Under the pieces are notes generated by a model, which made no database searches, was not told where the DNA came from, and worked only from the letters and a program-made list of their open reading frames with translations. DNA of 63,992 bases, filler included. It is 7 parts of 7 records of this genome, joined end to end, with 100 filler letters (N's around TTAATTAATTAA, not from the genome) between each part and the next. Parts side by side here need not be neighbours in the genome. Positions count along the whole stretch, not along the records: positions 46,318 to 52,910 come from DRR723986_44139; positions 53,011 to 58,831 come from DRR723986_44566; positions 58,932 to 63,992 come from DRR723986_46677; 4 more parts are not named here. One strand, written 5' to 3'. Positions 51,247 through 63,986 of this stretch are shown piece by piece. The translations under genes were made by a program, and so were the position numbers. Within the stretch, counting starts at the first letter, position 1. Each line of letters begins with the position of its first letter.

Positions 51247-52437
51247 TTAAAGATGCCTGCGCCGCCATTCGGACGGCGTTTGCCCCGCCACTTTCCTGAA
51301 ACTGGCGTTGAAGGTTGACTTGGCGTTGAAGCCCACAGTCTCGCTGATCTCCAGAATGGAGAGGCCCGGAGCGGCGAGCAGATCGCAGGCATCCTTGATC
51401 CGAAACTGGTTCACATAGTCATAGAACGACAGGCCCATATGGCTGTTCAGCACTTCGGACAGGTGGATCGGCGGTACCGCAATCGCAGCAGCAAGGCTGC
51501 GCAAGTTCAGATCGTGATCGCGCCACAGTTGATCCTTGGACATCCGCGCGTCCAGCCGTTTGGCATAGCGTTCCAGATCCTCGGCTTGCAGGCCCGATCT
51601 GGCGTAGGATGCGCCCGCCTCTTGCGGCTGTTCCGGCTTTGGCATCTGGTTCTTTTGATCGGTCTTGATGTCCTTTGACCATCTGGGCAATGGCGGTTTT
51701 GCCCGCAGCGCAAACACACCAAAGGCGATGGCCAGCACCAGATCGAAAGCCACGCCAATCATCCCGCTGCGCAACTTTGGCAGGCCTGCAAGGATCAAAA
51801 TCTCATCGACAATAACGATCAGCGCCAGCAACAGGATCGTCGCGACCAGCCCGTCAAGCCAGCGCAGGGTCTTGCCCGTCAGATCGGAAAACAGATCCCG
51901 AATGACCCGTTTGTGCCGGATCAGACGCCGGATGCAGATGCCGCCATAGAGGGCCAGGACCAGTATCCACAAAATCCAGAACGCATTTTCGCCAAAGGCA
52001 ATCAAACGCTGCTGCGGCAGGCCGATGTTCAGCGCATCCAGCCCCATGCGCATTTGCCCCGGCAAGGCCAGACTGGGCGCAAGGCAAAGCAGCGCAAAGG
52101 CGAAGGGCAGCACATGCACCCAATCGGTCTGGCGCAGGCGCGGGTCAGAACTGGTCAGCCCGCGCACAAAGAAATAGAGCGACACCATAAAACCGGGGAT
52201 CAGAACATCCTGCCATTGGTAGAGGGCCGCGGGCCCGGTGAACGGCCCGTCAAACAGAATGGAATCGAGCATATCCAGCGCATTGATTGCAAAAAACGCC
52301 ATCATCGCCCAGATATGCATGCGCCGCTCAACCGGTTCGAACAAACGCCGGATCAGGCCGATCAAGACAAACAGCGAGATGCCAAGCCCGGCAGCAAGCC
52401 CCAGTTGTTCGGTATAGATGTCAAAAGACAGGGTCAT
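51247..52437 (-). CDS. AraC family regulator with an N-terminal multi-TM sensor domain
   Basis: Hydrophobic N-terminal ~245 aa, then YARSGL and the AraC HTH LSEVLN...FYDYVNQFRI...GFNAKSTFNASFRKVAGQTPSEWR. Confidence 0.93.
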   Translation of the reverse strand: MTLSFDIYTEQLGLAAGLGISLFVLIGLIRRLFEPVERRMHIWAMMAFFAINALDMLDSILFDGPFTGPAALYQWQDVLIPGFMVSLYFFVRGLTSSDPRLRQTDWVHVLPFAFALLCLAPSLALPGQMRMGLDALNIGLPQQRLIAFGENAFWILWILVLALYGGICIRRLIRHKRVIRDLFSDLTGKTLRWLDGLVATILLLALIVIVDEILILAGLPKLRSGMIGVAFDLVLAIAFGVFALRAKPPLPRWSKDIKTDQKNQMPKPEQPQEAGASYARSGLQAEDLERYAKRLDARMSKDQLWRDHDLNLRSLAAAIAVPPIHLSEVLNSHMGLSFYDYVNQFRIKDACDLLAAPGLSILEISETVGFNAKSTFNASFRKVAGQTPSEWRRRHL

Positions 52438-52476
52438 CGCGTCGTCAACAAAATGGCTTTGGTCAATTAAACAGGC

Positions 52477-52510
52477 AAAAGGCCCGCGCAGGTGTTAGCT
52501 GGCGCGGGCC
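52477..52510 (-). terminator. Intrinsic terminator after dctM
   Basis: GGCCCGCGC/GCGCGGGCC stem followed by TTTT on the minus strand. Confidence 0.55.
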
Positions 52511-52543
52511 CAAAGGTCAAAGAGCGGCGATGTTTCGCTCCGG

Positions 52544-52910
52544 TCAGCCCACCAATGAGGGCAGCCATAGCACGATCCCCGGAAAGGCGACAAGCAAGGC
52601 GATGGTCACCGCATCGGCAATGAAAAAAGGCATCACGCCGCGGAAAACATCCTGCACGGTCAGGTCTTCGCGCACGCCAGCAACCACAAAACAGTTCAGG
52701 CCAATTGGCGGGGTGATCAGACAAAACTCTGCCATTTTCACCACCAGAATACCAAACCAGATCGCACACATCGGACCGGACATGCCAAAGGCACTGTCAG
52801 CCGCCGCAACCGCTTCACCGCCGTTCAGGGCCATGACCGCCGGATAGACCACCGGCAATGTCAGCAGCAGCATCCCGATGGCATCCATGAACATGCCCAG
52901 CACCGCATAG
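52544..52910 (-). CDS. TRAP transporter large permease DctM, C-terminal fragment
   Basis: LGMFMD, IWFGI, ITPPIGLNCFVV, FPGIVLWLP. Confidence 0.92.
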
Positions 52911-53010
52911 NNNNNNNNNNNNNNNNNNNNNNNNNNNNNNNNNNNNNNNNNNNNTTAATTAATTAANNNNNNNNNNNNNNNNNNNNNNNNNNNNNNNNNN
53001 NNNNNNNNNN
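52911..53010. other. Artificial contig spacer
   Basis: Same 100-nt linker. Confidence 0.99.
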
Positions 53011-53068
53011 GGACCCGCTTGCGGGTGCTTGTAGCGGTTTCCGGGAAGCCCCTCCCGCCCGTCACTAC
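53011..53068. repeat. Part of a putative REP/MITE-like intergenic repeat at the contig edge
   Basis: Short palindrome ACCCGC-tt-GCGGGT. The minus strand reads GTGACGGGCGGGAGGGGCTTCCCGGAAACCGCTACAAGCAC, which resembles Marinobacter intergenic repeats as I recall them. Only one copy is visible here. Confidence 0.5.
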
Positions 53069-53131
53069 CACCGAAGTTCTGCACGCCAGCTGGCTCAATG
53101 CTTAGCGAGCCCGCCCTTTGGGAGCAAGGCC

Positions 53132-54193
53132 TTACAGCACACCGAGACCTTTTATCAGAGCATTGTTCTGATCGCTCGTACCAATCGTGATGCGCAGAAA
53201 ATCGCTGATTCTTGGCTTATTGAAATGCCGGACAATAATGCCCTGCTCCCGAAGCTTCGCCGCAATCGCAGCGCCTTCATGGCCGGGATGGCGGGCAAAA
53301 ACAAAGTTTGCCTTGGATGGCAGCACCTCAAAACCAAGCGTTTCCAACTCCCTGGTCACCCGCTCGCGCTCGCGGATCACGCCACTGCAGGAATCCTCGA
53401 ACCACTGCTTGTCCTCAAACGCAGCCACGGCACCAGCCAGAGCCAGACGGTCCAGCGGATAGGAATTGAAGCTGTCTTTGACACGGTTGAGAGCCTCGAT
53501 CAGATCTTCATTACCAACCGCAAAGCCAACTCTCAGGCCAGCCAGTGAACGGGCCTTGGAGAGGGTCTGGCACACCAACAGGTTCGGGTACTGGTTCACC
53601 AGACGAATCGCCGTCTCGCCACCGAAATCAACATAGGCTTCATCAACCACTACCACGCTATCCGGGTTGGCCTGCAGGATATCCTCTACGTGCCCAAGTC
53701 CGAGGTAGCGTCCCGTCGGCGCATTCGGGTTCGGGAAGATAATGCCGCCGTTGTCACGCTTGTAGTCGTTCGGATCGATCTCAAAGCTGTCGGTCAATGG
53801 AATAACCGCACTCTCGATCTGGAACAAGCCACAATACACAGGGTAGAAGCTATAGCTGATGTCCGGAAACAGGATCGGCTTGTCGTGTTTCAGAAGCCCC
53901 TGAAAGATATGCGCCAGCACTTCATCGGAACCGTTGCCAACAAACACCTGTTTGGGGTTGATTCCAAAATCCACGTGGTATTCCGCAATGGCATCTTTCA
54001 GGGCCTGGCCTTCCGGGTCCGGATACAGGCGCAGGCTGTCATTCAACTCTCTCTGAATGGCTTCAATCACTTTTGGCGATGGGCCGAACGGGTTTTCATT
54101 GGTGTTCAGCTTCACCAGATTGGCCATTTTCGGCTGTTCACCCGGCACGTAGGGCTTGAGTTCACTGACCAGGTCGCTCCAGTACTTACTCAT
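53132..54193 (-). CDS. hisC: Histidinol-phosphate aminotransferase
   Basis: [49 protein letters not shown]. Confidence 0.97.
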   Translation of the reverse strand: MSKYWSDLVSELKPYVPGEQPKMANLVKLNTNENPFGPSPKVIEAIQRELNDSLRLYPDPEGQALKDAIAEYHVDFGINPKQVFVGNGSDEVLAHIFQGLLKHDKPILFPDISYSFYPVYCGLFQIESAVIPLTDSFEIDPNDYKRDNGGIIFPNPNAPTGRYLGLGHVEDILQANPDSVVVVDEAYVDFGGETAIRLVNQYPNLLVCQTLSKARSLAGLRVGFAVGNEDLIEALNRVKDSFNSYPLDRLALAGAVAAFEDKQWFEDSCSGVIRERERVTRELETLGFEVLPSKANFVFARHPGHEGAAIAAKLREQGIIVRHFNKPRISDFLRITIGTSDQNNALIKGLGVL

Positions 54194-55490
54194 TGATCCG
54201 GTACTCCGCTGAACGTGCGTGTGCAGTCAGACCTTCGCCACGAGCCAGAACCGATGCCACCCGCCCCATACGATCGGCGCCCTGAGCGGTAAAGCCAATA
54301 AGGGAAGAGCGCTTCTGGAAATCGTACACACCCAGAGGTGAACTGAATCGTGCGGTGCCGCTGGTTGGCAAAACGTGATTCGGGCCTGCGCAATAGTCAC
54401 CCAGGGCTTCGGCCGTGTGCCTGCCCATGAAAATCGCGCCGGCGTGGCGGATGTCGTCGAGCATGGCCTGCGGGTCTTCCACTGAGAGCTCCAGGTGCTC
54501 CGGCGCAATCCGATTACTCACTTCTGCGGCTTCTTTCAGATCTGCCACCTGAATCAGTGCACCCCGTCCCAGCATGGAGGTGCGGATAATTTCTTCTCGC
54601 TCCATGGTCGGCAGCAGCTTGTTGATACTGGCTTCCACCGCATCCAGGAAGTCTGCGTCCGGGCTGACCAGAATGCTCTGGGCCTGCTCGTCGTGTTCGG
54701 CCTGGGAAAACAGGTCCATGGCGATCCAGTCCGGGTCGGTCTTGCCGTCACAGATCACCAGTATCTCCGAAGGGCCGGCAATCATGTCGATACCGACAAC
54801 TCCGAATACTTCGCGCTTGGCGGTGGCCACAAAGATATTACCGGGGCCGACGATCTTGTCGACAGAGGGCACGGTGTCCGTGCCATAGGCCAGCGCAGCC
54901 ACGGCCTGGGCGCCACCGATAGTAAACACGCGGTCTACCCCGGCAATGGCGGCCGCTGCCAGCACCATGTCATTCACCACACCATCCGGGGTCGGCACCA
55001 CCATGATAACTTCAGACACACCAGCGACTTTGGCCGGAATCGCATTCATCAGTACCGACGAAGGATAGGCCGCCTTGCCACCCGGCACGTACAGACCGGC
55101 GCGATCCAGCGGCGTTACCTTCTGGCCCAGCACGGTTCCGTCTTCGTCCTGGTATTGCCAGGATTGCTGATTCTGGCGTTCGTGGTAGTCACGGATGCGT
55201 TCCGCCGCTTTTTCCAGACCCTCACGCTGATCCTGGGGAATTCGGTCCAATGCTGCCTGCAAACGGCTTTTATCCATTTCCAGCTCAGCCATGGAGCCAA
55301 CGTCCAGGCGATCAAACTTGGCCGTAAACTCCAGCACTGCCGCATCGCCCCGGGTCTTCACCTCGTGCAGGATATGCCGAACCGACTCATTCACCTGATG
55401 ATCCACACTGTCGTCCCAGGCCAGCAGTTGGGCCAGCGCACTGTCAAAGTCGCTCTGGGTGGTGTTCAGTCTGGTGATTCTGTCGGTCAT
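54186..55490 (-). CDS. hisD: Histidinol dehydrogenase
   Basis: [49 protein letters not shown]. Confidence 0.98.
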   Translation of the reverse strand: MTDRITRLNTTQSDFDSALAQLLAWDDSVDHQVNESVRHILHEVKTRGDAAVLEFTAKFDRLDVGSMAELEMDKSRLQAALDRIPQDQREGLEKAAERIRDYHERQNQQSWQYQDEDGTVLGQKVTPLDRAGLYVPGGKAAYPSSVLMNAIPAKVAGVSEVIMVVPTPDGVVNDMVLAAAAIAGVDRVFTIGGAQAVAALAYGTDTVPSVDKIVGPGNIFVATAKREVFGVVGIDMIAGPSEILVICDGKTDPDWIAMDLFSQAEHDEQAQSILVSPDADFLDAVEASINKLLPTMEREEIIRTSMLGRGALIQVADLKEAAEVSNRIAPEHLELSVEDPQAMLDDIRHAGAIFMGRHTAEALGDYCAGPNHVLPTSGTARFSSPLGVYDFQKRSSLIGFTAQGADRMGRVASVLARGEGLTAHARSAEYRINE

Positions 55491-55516
55491 TTTTCAGATC
55501 CTGTCTTGGAGTAACA

Positions 55517-56161
55517 CTACGAATCGCGGCGTCGTTCAACGGCCGCGGACATCTTCTCGATTATGGGGTTTATCTGGCCGTGTTTCATCTTCATGGAGGC
55601 CCGGTTAACCACCAGTCGGCTACTGATGTGGTCAATCAGTTCTCTTGGCTCCAGCCCGTTGGCCTTGAGGGTATTGCCGGTATCCACGATATCAACAATC
55701 TCATCGGCCAGATTCAGGATCGGTGCCAGTTCCATTGCCCCGTAGAGCTTGATGATATCGGCCTGCCGGCCCTGAGCCGCATAATAGCGCCGGGCCAGGT
55801 TGACGAATTTGGTGGCAACACGAATCCTGCCTGCCGGTGGCTGCTCGCCTTTTTTGCCTGCGGTCATCAACCGGCAACGGGAGATGTTCAGATCAAGCGG
55901 TTCGTAGAGGCCGTCGCCACCGTGCTCCATCAGAACATCCTTACCAGTAACGCCCAGATCCGCGCCACCATATTGAACATAGGTGGGCACATCGGTCGCC
56001 CGGATGATCAGAATCCGCACGTTCGGGTCGGTGGTGGGAAACACCAGTTTGCGGGACTTTTTCACGTCGTCGACAAGCTCAATGCCCGCTTCCGCCAGCA
56101 GCGGCAAGGTTTCTTCCAGAATGCGACCCTTCGACAAGGCGATGGTGATGGAATCTGTCAT
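55517..56161 (-). CDS. hisG: ATP phosphoribosyltransferase, short form
   Basis: [42 protein letters not shown]. Lacks the C-terminal regulatory domain. Confidence 0.97.
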   Translation of the reverse strand: MTDSITIALSKGRILEETLPLLAEAGIELVDDVKKSRKLVFPTTDPNVRILIIRATDVPTYVQYGGADLGVTGKDVLMEHGGDGLYEPLDLNISRCRLMTAGKKGEQPPAGRIRVATKFVNLARRYYAAQGRQADIIKLYGAMELAPILNLADEIVDIVDTGNTLKANGLEPRELIDHISSRLVVNRASMKMKHGQINPIIEKMSAAVERRRDS

Positions 56162-56190
56162 GTATCCTTCCGGGTTCCCGTTGGTCAAAT

Positions 56191-57721
<1,531 letters not shown>

Positions 57722-57781
57722 AAGGATTCCTCGACTAAGTTGAAATCAGGGGCGGAATTGTAACCAATTCCCGGGCGCCGG

Positions 57782-58099
57782 TCAGCTGTGCTCGGCAAAT
57801 CCGGGAATCTGATCCTGAAGATTACTGAGTGCGGCCAGAGAACGAAGTCGCTCACTGGCGCCTGTGAAGGAGAGATGGCAATGTCGGCTTAGCGCCAGAC
57901 GCTGCCAACACAAAAGCATCGAAAGCACCACACTGTGCGCGGTGCCAAGCCCGGACAGATCAACCTCAAGCGTCCCATCGGCCTGCTGTATTTCCTGTTC
58001 GCCCTGCTTGCGCAGCGCCAGGACCGTGTCGGCATCGACATCGCCGGTTACGCAAAGAGTTTTGCCGTTCCGGACCATGCCCGGCAACCGATCACTCAT
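57782..58099 (-). CDS. mlaB: STAS-domain protein MlaB
   Basis: VDLSGL...SVVLSMLLCW...LAALSNL, downstream of mlaC. Confidence 0.88.
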   Translation of the reverse strand: MSDRLPGMVRNGKTLCVTGDVDADTVLALRKQGEQEIQQADGTLEVDLSGLGTAHSVVLSMLLCWQRLALSRHCHLSFTGASERLRSLAALSNLQDQIPGFAEHS

Positions 58100-58749
58100 G
58101 AACGATCCACCTGCTCGTCCAGATTCAGGGCCTCAACCGCGTCACCCCAGCCGTCAATGACCGCCTGAACCTGGCCGCGATTCTCTTCCATTTCCTGAGC
58201 AAAGCGATCCCGGAAGGCAAGGCCGATGTTTACGCCCTCTACGATGACGTTTTCCATCATCCAGCGGTCGTCACCTGTCCGGTACATTGAGTAAGTGACC
58301 GGATAACGGTTGCCGGAGGCACTGATCAACTCCATTTCTACCGAAGCGCGATCCTCATTCTGAGGAAGGATGGTGGCTTCCTTGACGATGATCTCGAAAT
58401 CTTCCGCAGAAACCAGGGCCTGGGCATAACTGTCAAACAGGCTGCGCTTGAACTTCTCGACAAAAGCATCCCGCTGCTCTGGCGTGGTCTGGCGGGCATA
58501 TCGACCCATCACCCGGGCAGCAATCCGGCGAAAATCGACAAACTCCTGAAGGGTTTCATCCATGCTGGTATAAAACGCCTCAGGATCCTTTTCGTACAAC
58601 CCTTTCTCGGCATTGAGCTTCTGCACCAGCTTCTGGGTATTCTCGTCCACGTAACGCTTCAGATCCTCCTCAGGGCCGGCCCAGACCTGGCCCACCATCA
58701 GGGCGACCATGGCAATCATCAACGTCAAACGGTGTTTAAGGACACTCAT
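58096..58749 (-). CDS. mlaC: Phospholipid-binding periplasmic protein MlaC (Ttg2D)
   Basis: Signal peptide, VDFRRIAARVMG, NVIVEGVNI...FRDRF. Confidence 0.92.
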   Translation of the reverse strand: MSVLKHRLTLMIAMVALMVGQVWAGPEEDLKRYVDENTQKLVQKLNAEKGLYEKDPEAFYTSMDETLQEFVDFRRIAARVMGRYARQTTPEQRDAFVEKFKRSLFDSYAQALVSAEDFEIIVKEATILPQNEDRASVEMELISASGNRYPVTYSMYRTGDDRWMMENVIVEGVNIGLAFRDRFAQEMEENRGQVQAVIDGWGDAVEALNLDEQVDRS

Positions 58750-58775
58750 TAGTTTCTCCTGTGCATGGCTCTGGC

Positions 58776-58831
58776 TCAGCGGCCGGAGGCAAAGTTACTG
58801 ATCAGCCGTTCCAGATTCATGGCGGACTGGG
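58776..58831 (-). CDS. mlaD: MlaD C-terminal fragment
   Basis: Manual translation QSAMNLERLISNFASGR*, directly upstream of mlaC. Confidence 0.8.
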
Positions 58832-58931
58832 NNNNNNNNNNNNNNNNNNNNNNNNNNNNNNNNNNNNNNNNNNNNTTAATTAATTAANNNNNNNNNNNNN
58901 NNNNNNNNNNNNNNNNNNNNNNNNNNNNNNN
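58832..58931. other. Artificial contig spacer
   Basis: Same 100-nt linker. Confidence 0.99.
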
Positions 58932-59234
58932 GGAGAGCCGTGCTACTGAGAAGAACGAGCAATACTGGAGAGCCGAGCTGCTTTGCCCTGTTTGGGAGGC
59001 AACTATCGTGCTGACTATAGCGATTGCATCGATGCGACAGACGGGCAACGGCGACGCCCGTCTTTCGTCGAGAACTTTTGAACGGGCCACTGCCGCTGAT
59101 GACCTAGCCTTGAAGACGTAGTACTGCCTGAAGCCTTTGAGCAAACAGTGCCTTCGAACTGGTAGAGCTTGCTCAACGACTTCAGAGAGTAACGCAGAAG
59201 TTTCAACGTCAGAATCCAGCCAGATTGCTCCGCC

Positions 59235-60110
59235 ATGTCGACAACCATAGCCGCCGCTACCGACACCGCCGTCGCAGTGCCTGCCTCCGGTGACACGCTC
59301 ACCGATGACTCCTCTTCCAATGATTCCGTCGCGTTCTCCCCGGGCCTGCTCGCGCCTGTCAAGCCCGAAGAATTGTCGATGGACTATGTGACGCAGACAC
59401 CGGCACCGTCGTGGCTGCGAGAACTGGACCTACCGAACTCTCGCGAGAATATCCGCTGCCTGAACCGACGCACGCGTTTGATCAAACGCTGCCTCGATGT
59501 TGTCGGCGCGTTGCTGATGTTGATTGTTGCGATTCCATTGATGCTGTTGGCAGCAATCGCAATCAAAATCTCGTCTGCTGGCCCGATCCTGTTTAATCAG
59601 ATTCGAGTTGGCTTGAATCAACGATCAAGTCGTGAATCGGAGCAAGACGAATGCCGCCGGAAGGAACCAGCTTATGGGAAGCCCTTCCGCATTTACAAGC
59701 TTCGCAGCATGCATGTTGCATCTGACAAGAATGGCCCCCGCCAAGCCCAGTCTGGCGATAGCCGAGTCTTCCCAGTTGGAAAGCTGCTTCGCCGAATGCG
59801 GATCGATGAACTCCCGCAGCTTTTCAACGTGCTTCGTGGAGAAATGTCACTTGTGGGGCCACGCCCAGAATGCATTGAGTACATGGAAGAACTCAACGCA
59901 AAGATTCCTGGCTACGCCGCGCGACTGGGCCTCAAGCCTGGACTAACTGGAATCGCTCAGATCGAGTCCGGCTACGCCAACGATCTTCATTCCTACCGCC
60001 GAAAAGTAGCCTACGACCTGCTCTACTTGCAAAACTGCTGCTTCTCGAATGATCTGCGAATCCTATTTCGCACGGCCAAAGTCGTCTTCACCGGCTTCGG
60101 AGCGCTCTAG
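59235..60110 (+). CDS. Bacterial sugar transferase (monotopic phosphoglycosyl transferase, WcaJ/WbaP C-terminal type)
   Basis: KRCLDV, GPILFNQIRVG, KLRSM, RIDELPQLFNVLRGEMSLVGPRPE, KPGLTG, YDLLY. Confidence 0.93.
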   Translation: MSTTIAAATDTAVAVPASGDTLTDDSSSNDSVAFSPGLLAPVKPEELSMDYVTQTPAPSWLRELDLPNSRENIRCLNRRTRLIKRCLDVVGALLMLIVAIPLMLLAAIAIKISSAGPILFNQIRVGLNQRSSRESEQDECRRKEPAYGKPFRIYKLRSMHVASDKNGPRQAQSGDSRVFPVGKLLRRMRIDELPQLFNVLRGEMSLVGPRPECIEYMEELNAKIPGYAARLGLKPGLTGIAQIESGYANDLHSYRRKVAYDLLYLQNCCFSNDLRILFRTAKVVFTGFGAL

Positions 60111-60193
60111 TTCGCCACCTGCGGCGGAACACGTCACTGCAAAGCAAGACGCTGCGTTCCGAACTGAGGTCAAATCACTAGCTGGAATATCCC

Positions 60194-63100
60194 CTAGGTG
60201 TCATAGCCCAGGTTAGGTGCAAGCCAACGTTCAACTTCACGAAGACTCAGCCCCTTACGACGAGCGTAATCCTGGACTTGGTCTTGCGTCAAGCGATCGA
60301 CAGCAAAGTAGCGACTCTCAGGGTGCGCGAAATAGAGCCCACTAACGCTCGCACCGGGCCACATCGCAAACGACTCCGTCAGAGTGACACCGGTGTTCTT
60401 TTCCGCGTCGAGAAGATCGAACAGCGTACGCTTCTCGGTATGATCTGGGCAGGCTGGGTAACCCGCTGCTGGACGAATACCGCGATACTTTTCTGCGATC
60501 ATCTCGTCGTTCGAAAGTCCTTCACTGGCCCCAAAGCCCCAATCGACTCGAGCTCGATGATGAAGAAGCTCCGCGAACGCTTCCGCCATTCGATCCGCCA
60601 ACGACTTAATCAGAATCGATGAGTAGTCATCGCTCTGATCCTCATACTCTTTCGCAAATTCATCGGCACCTTCACCAGTGGTAACGACAAATCCGCCGAT
60701 GTAATCCTGGACTCCACAGTCACGCGGTGCAATGTAGTCAGCCAATGAACGGAAGTCCTTCTGTCCTTTCCGTTCCCATTGCTGCCGTAGGAAATGGAAA
60801 GTGGTCAATTCGCTGGTGCGTTCGTCATCACGATACAGCAGCACATCATCGTCTACACTTGCCGCTGGCCAGAAACCGTACGCAGCATGAGCCTTGATTC
60901 GGCCCTCGCTGATGATCTTTTCCAGCATCTTCTGACCATTGTCGAACAGCTCTTTTGCTGTGTCGCCAACGACCGGATCCTTGAAGATCTTCGGGTACTT
61001 CCCCTTCAACTCCCAGGACATAAAGAACGGTGACCAGTCGATGTACTTGGCAATTTCGCTTAGATCAAAGTCACGCAAGACTTTGGTTCCGGTGAATGCC
61101 GGCGTAGCGACATCAACCTCTGCCCAGTTGGTCTTGAAGTTATTCTTGAGCGCTTTCTCATAGGGCACCAACTTGACTTGTCGAGCCTGGTAGCTCGCCA
61201 CAAGTTCGCTCTGCAGCTCTTGGTTGGCTTTTGAGAACGCCTCGCGAGAATCCTTATTGATTACCTTTTCGACAACGCCAACGCTACGCGATGCATCAAG
61301 AACGTGAATCACGTCGCCATCGAATTGAGGCGCAATTTTCACCGCGGTATGCTTCGCGCTAGTCGTTGCACCGCCGATGAGCAGCGGCTGCGTCATTTCC
61401 AGACGCTTCATCTCCTTGGCTACATAAACCATCTCATCCAGGCTGGGTGTAATTAGGCCAGAAAGCCCAATCACGTCGACACCATGTTTCTTGGCTTCCT
61501 CAAGGATTTTCTCAGAACTAACCATTACGCCTAGGTCGATGACTTCAAAATTATTGCAAGCCATCACAACGCCGACGATGTTCTTTCCGATATCGTGAAC
61601 ATCGCCTTTCACTGTCGCCAGCAGCACCTTGCCACGCCCCGAACTGGTGTCATCTGCAGCAGCTTTTTCTTCTTCCATGAACGGCGTCAGGTAGGCGACG
61701 GCCTTCTTCATGACTCGCGCAGACTTGACGACCTGAGGCAAGAACATTTTGCCCGCCCCAAACAAATCGCCAACGACACTCATTCCGTTCATCAGTGGGC
61801 CTTCGATCACTTCCAAGCACCGCGAGCACTCCTGACGAGCCTCTTCGGTGTCCTCTTCAACGAAACGATCGATTCCCCGAATCAGCGCGTGCTTGAGTCG
61901 ATCCGAAACGGGAGCTTCCCGCCAGCTCAAATCCTCCTCGACGGATTTCTTCCCCTTTGACTTGACCGTCTCAGCGAACTCGAGCATGCGTTCTGTTGCG
62001 TCGCTGCGACGGTTCAAAATCACATCTTCAACCCGCTCAAGCAGGTCTTTGGGAATGTCTTCGTAGACCGCCAATTGACCGGCATTGACGATCCCCATAT
62101 CCATGCCAGCGCGGACAGCGTGATACAAGAACGCTGCATGCATGGCTTCGCGTACGTAATCGTTGCCCCGGAATGAGAAGCTGATGTTGCTTACGCCGCC
62201 GCTAACTTTTGCCCCCGGACACAATCGCTTGATTTCGCGCGTCGCGTCAATAAAGTTGACTGCGTAGTTGTCGTGCTCTTCAATCCCGGTGGCCACGGTC
62301 AGAATGTTGGGATCAAAGATGATATCCTCGGCGGGCATCCCCATTTCTTCGGTCAGCAGGTCAAAGGCCCGCTTGCAGATCCGAACTTTCTCATCCGTCT
62401 CAGTTGCTTGACCTTGTTCATCAAATGCCATCACCACGCAAGCTGCACCGTAACTGCGGACCAGTCGTGCGCGGCGTAGGAATTCCTCTTCGCCATCTTT
62501 TAGGCTGATCGAATTGACGATCGACTTGCCTTGCGTATTCTGCAAACCGGCTTCGATGACTTCCCATTTACTGCTGTCGATCATAACCGGGACACTGGCA
62601 ATCTCGGCTTCGCCAGCGATCAACCTCAGGTAGCAAGCCATTGCTTCCGGACCATCCAACAAGGCGTCATCCATGTTGATGTCGATGATTGTCGCGCCAC
62701 CAGCAACCTGTTGTCGCGCAACTTCAACGGCCTCTTCGAATTTGTCATTGCGAATCAACCTTGCGAACGCCCGCGAGCCGGTCACATTGGTCCGCTCGCC
62801 AACCATCGTAAAATTGCTTTCGGGCCGGAGAACAAGCGGCTGCGTCCCACTGAGCCGCGTATATGGCTCTGGCACCGTGGGCTTGTGAGGCGAATGCTTG
62901 CTCGCTTCATCAGCGATTTCACGAATGTGATCGGGCGTCGTTCCGCAACAACCACCAAGGATGTTCACCCAACCATTGCTGGCGAACTCACCAACTAGTT
63001 CCGCCATTGCCCGCGGCCCAAGATCGTACTGCCCCATCTCGTTGGGCAAGCCCGCGTTGGGATAGCAGCTAATGGGTGTCCGCGCTACGCTCGAAAGCTC

Positions 63101-63898
63101 TTCGATGAACGATCGCATCTTCTGCGGCCCCAACGCGCAGTTCATTCCAACGCCAAGCATCGGAAAGTGGCTGACGGCATTCCAGAAGCCTTCCACCGTT
63201 TGCCCACTGACGAAGGTTCGACCGCCAACGTCAAAGGTGGCGCTGATCAGAACAGGCACTTTGGTACCGCTGTCTGTGAAATACTTGTCGATCGCAAACA
63301 GACAAGCCTTCAGGTTCAGCGTATCGATCACCGTTTCAGGTAGCAGCAAGTCCACTCCGCCTTCAACGAGTGCCGCAACCTGCTGATAATACGACTCGCA
63401 CATTTCCACAAAGGTCGTGTTCCGGTAGGCCGGATCGTCGACTTTGGTACTAATGGCCGTTTGCTTCGCCGTCGGCCCGATACTGCCAGCGACAAACCTT
63501 GGCTTGTCCGGCGTTTTGTCTGTGAATTCATCCGCCGCCTTGCGCGCGCACCTGACCGCTGCGACGTTGATCTCGCGAACCAGTTCATCGGGTAGTGCGA
63601 ATTCATCCATACCAACACGGCTAGCGCCAAACGTGTTGGTCTCAACAATATCCGAGCCCGCCTCAAAGTACTGACGGTGAATCTCGGTCACGCTTTCAGG
63701 GTGCGTGAGGCAAAGGATGTCCGTGAAGTTCTTCAGGTCCTTTGACGCATCGTGGTCGGCGAACCGATCCCCACGAACCGCCTGCTCGTCGAGGCCGAGT
63801 CGCTGGACCATCGTCCCCATCGCCCCATCCAGCATGAGGATTCGTTCGTGGACTAGTTCCTGTACCTGCTCGCTTCGCGTCGACTGTTTTAGGCCCAT
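60194..63898 (-). CDS. metH: Cobalamin-dependent methionine synthase
   Basis: [37 protein letters not shown]12 motif, [12 protein letters not shown]. Start set at ATG 63898 (AGCAGG upstream). Confidence 0.98.
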   Translation of the reverse strand: MGLKQSTRSEQVQELVHERILMLDGAMGTMVQRLGLDEQAVRGDRFADHDASKDLKNFTDILCLTHPESVTEIHRQYFEAGSDIVETNTFGASRVGMDEFALPDELVREINVAAVRCARKAADEFTDKTPDKPRFVAGSIGPTAKQTAISTKVDDPAYRNTTFVEMCESYYQQVAALVEGGVDLLLPETVIDTLNLKACLFAIDKYFTDSGTKVPVLISATFDVGGRTFVSGQTVEGFWNAVSHFPMLGVGMNCALGPQKMRSFIEELSSVARTPISCYPNAGLPNEMGQYDLGPRAMAELVGEFASNGWVNILGGCCGTTPDHIREIADEASKHSPHKPTVPEPYTRLSGTQPLVLRPESNFTMVGERTNVTGSRAFARLIRNDKFEEAVEVARQQVAGGATIIDINMDDALLDGPEAMACYLRLIAGEAEIASVPVMIDSSKWEVIEAGLQNTQGKSIVNSISLKDGEEEFLRRARLVRSYGAACVVMAFDEQGQATETDEKVRICKRAFDLLTEEMGMPAEDIIFDPNILTVATGIEEHDNYAVNFIDATREIKRLCPGAKVSGGVSNISFSFRGNDYVREAMHAAFLYHAVRAGMDMGIVNAGQLAVYEDIPKDLLERVEDVILNRRSDATERMLEFAETVKSKGKKSVEEDLSWREAPVSDRLKHALIRGIDRFVEEDTEEARQECSRCLEVIEGPLMNGMSVVGDLFGAGKMFLPQVVKSARVMKKAVAYLTPFMEEEKAAADDTSSGRGKVLLATVKGDVHDIGKNIVGVVMACNNFEVIDLGVMVSSEKILEEAKKHGVDVIGLSGLITPSLDEMVYVAKEMKRLEMTQPLLIGGATTSAKHTAVKIAPQFDGDVIHVLDASRSVGVVEKVINKDSREAFSKANQELQSELVASYQARQVKLVPYEKALKNNFKTNWAEVDVATPAFTGTKVLRDFDLSEIAKYIDWSPFFMSWELKGKYPKIFKDPVVGDTAKELFDNGQKMLEKIISEGRIKAHAAYGFWPAASVDDDVLLYRDDERTSELTTFHFLRQQWERKGQKDFRSLADYIAPRDCGVQDYIGGFVVTTGEGADEFAKEYEDQSDDYSSILIKSLADRMAEAFAELLHHRARVDWGFGASEGLSNDEMIAEKYRGIRPAAGYPACPDHTEKRTLFDLLDAEKNTGVTLTESFAMWPGASVSGLYFAHPESRYFAVDRLTQDQVQDYARRKGLSLREVERWLAPNLGYDT

Positions 63899-63962
63899 TT
63901 GCCTGCTTTCGTCAGCTAGAGACTGAATCCCGACTACCCCCAAAAGAGCTAGGCCGAGCTGC

Positions 63963-63986
63963 ATCCATCCGTTCATCCGGATGCTT
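63963..63986 (-). promoter_or_regulatory. Candidate operator upstream of metH (tandem 8-bp Met-box-like units / palindrome)
   Basis: Minus strand AAGCATCC-GGATGAAC-GGATGGAT. Contains the perfect inverted repeat CATCCG-N6-CGGATG (63966-63983). Confidence 0.5.

Noticed and set aside
55517..56161. Short HisG as a truncated pseudogene
   Set aside because: The short form that works with HisZ is normal in this gene context.
58932..59234. Possible partial ORFs at the start of contig 7
   Set aside because: Frames are open on both strands but carry no recognisable motif, so no call can be supported.
63899..63976. N-terminal hydrophobic extension of MetH in the ORF track
   Set aside because: Homology begins near M27 (63898), which has an SD-like sequence. 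The extension is more likely untranslated leader.
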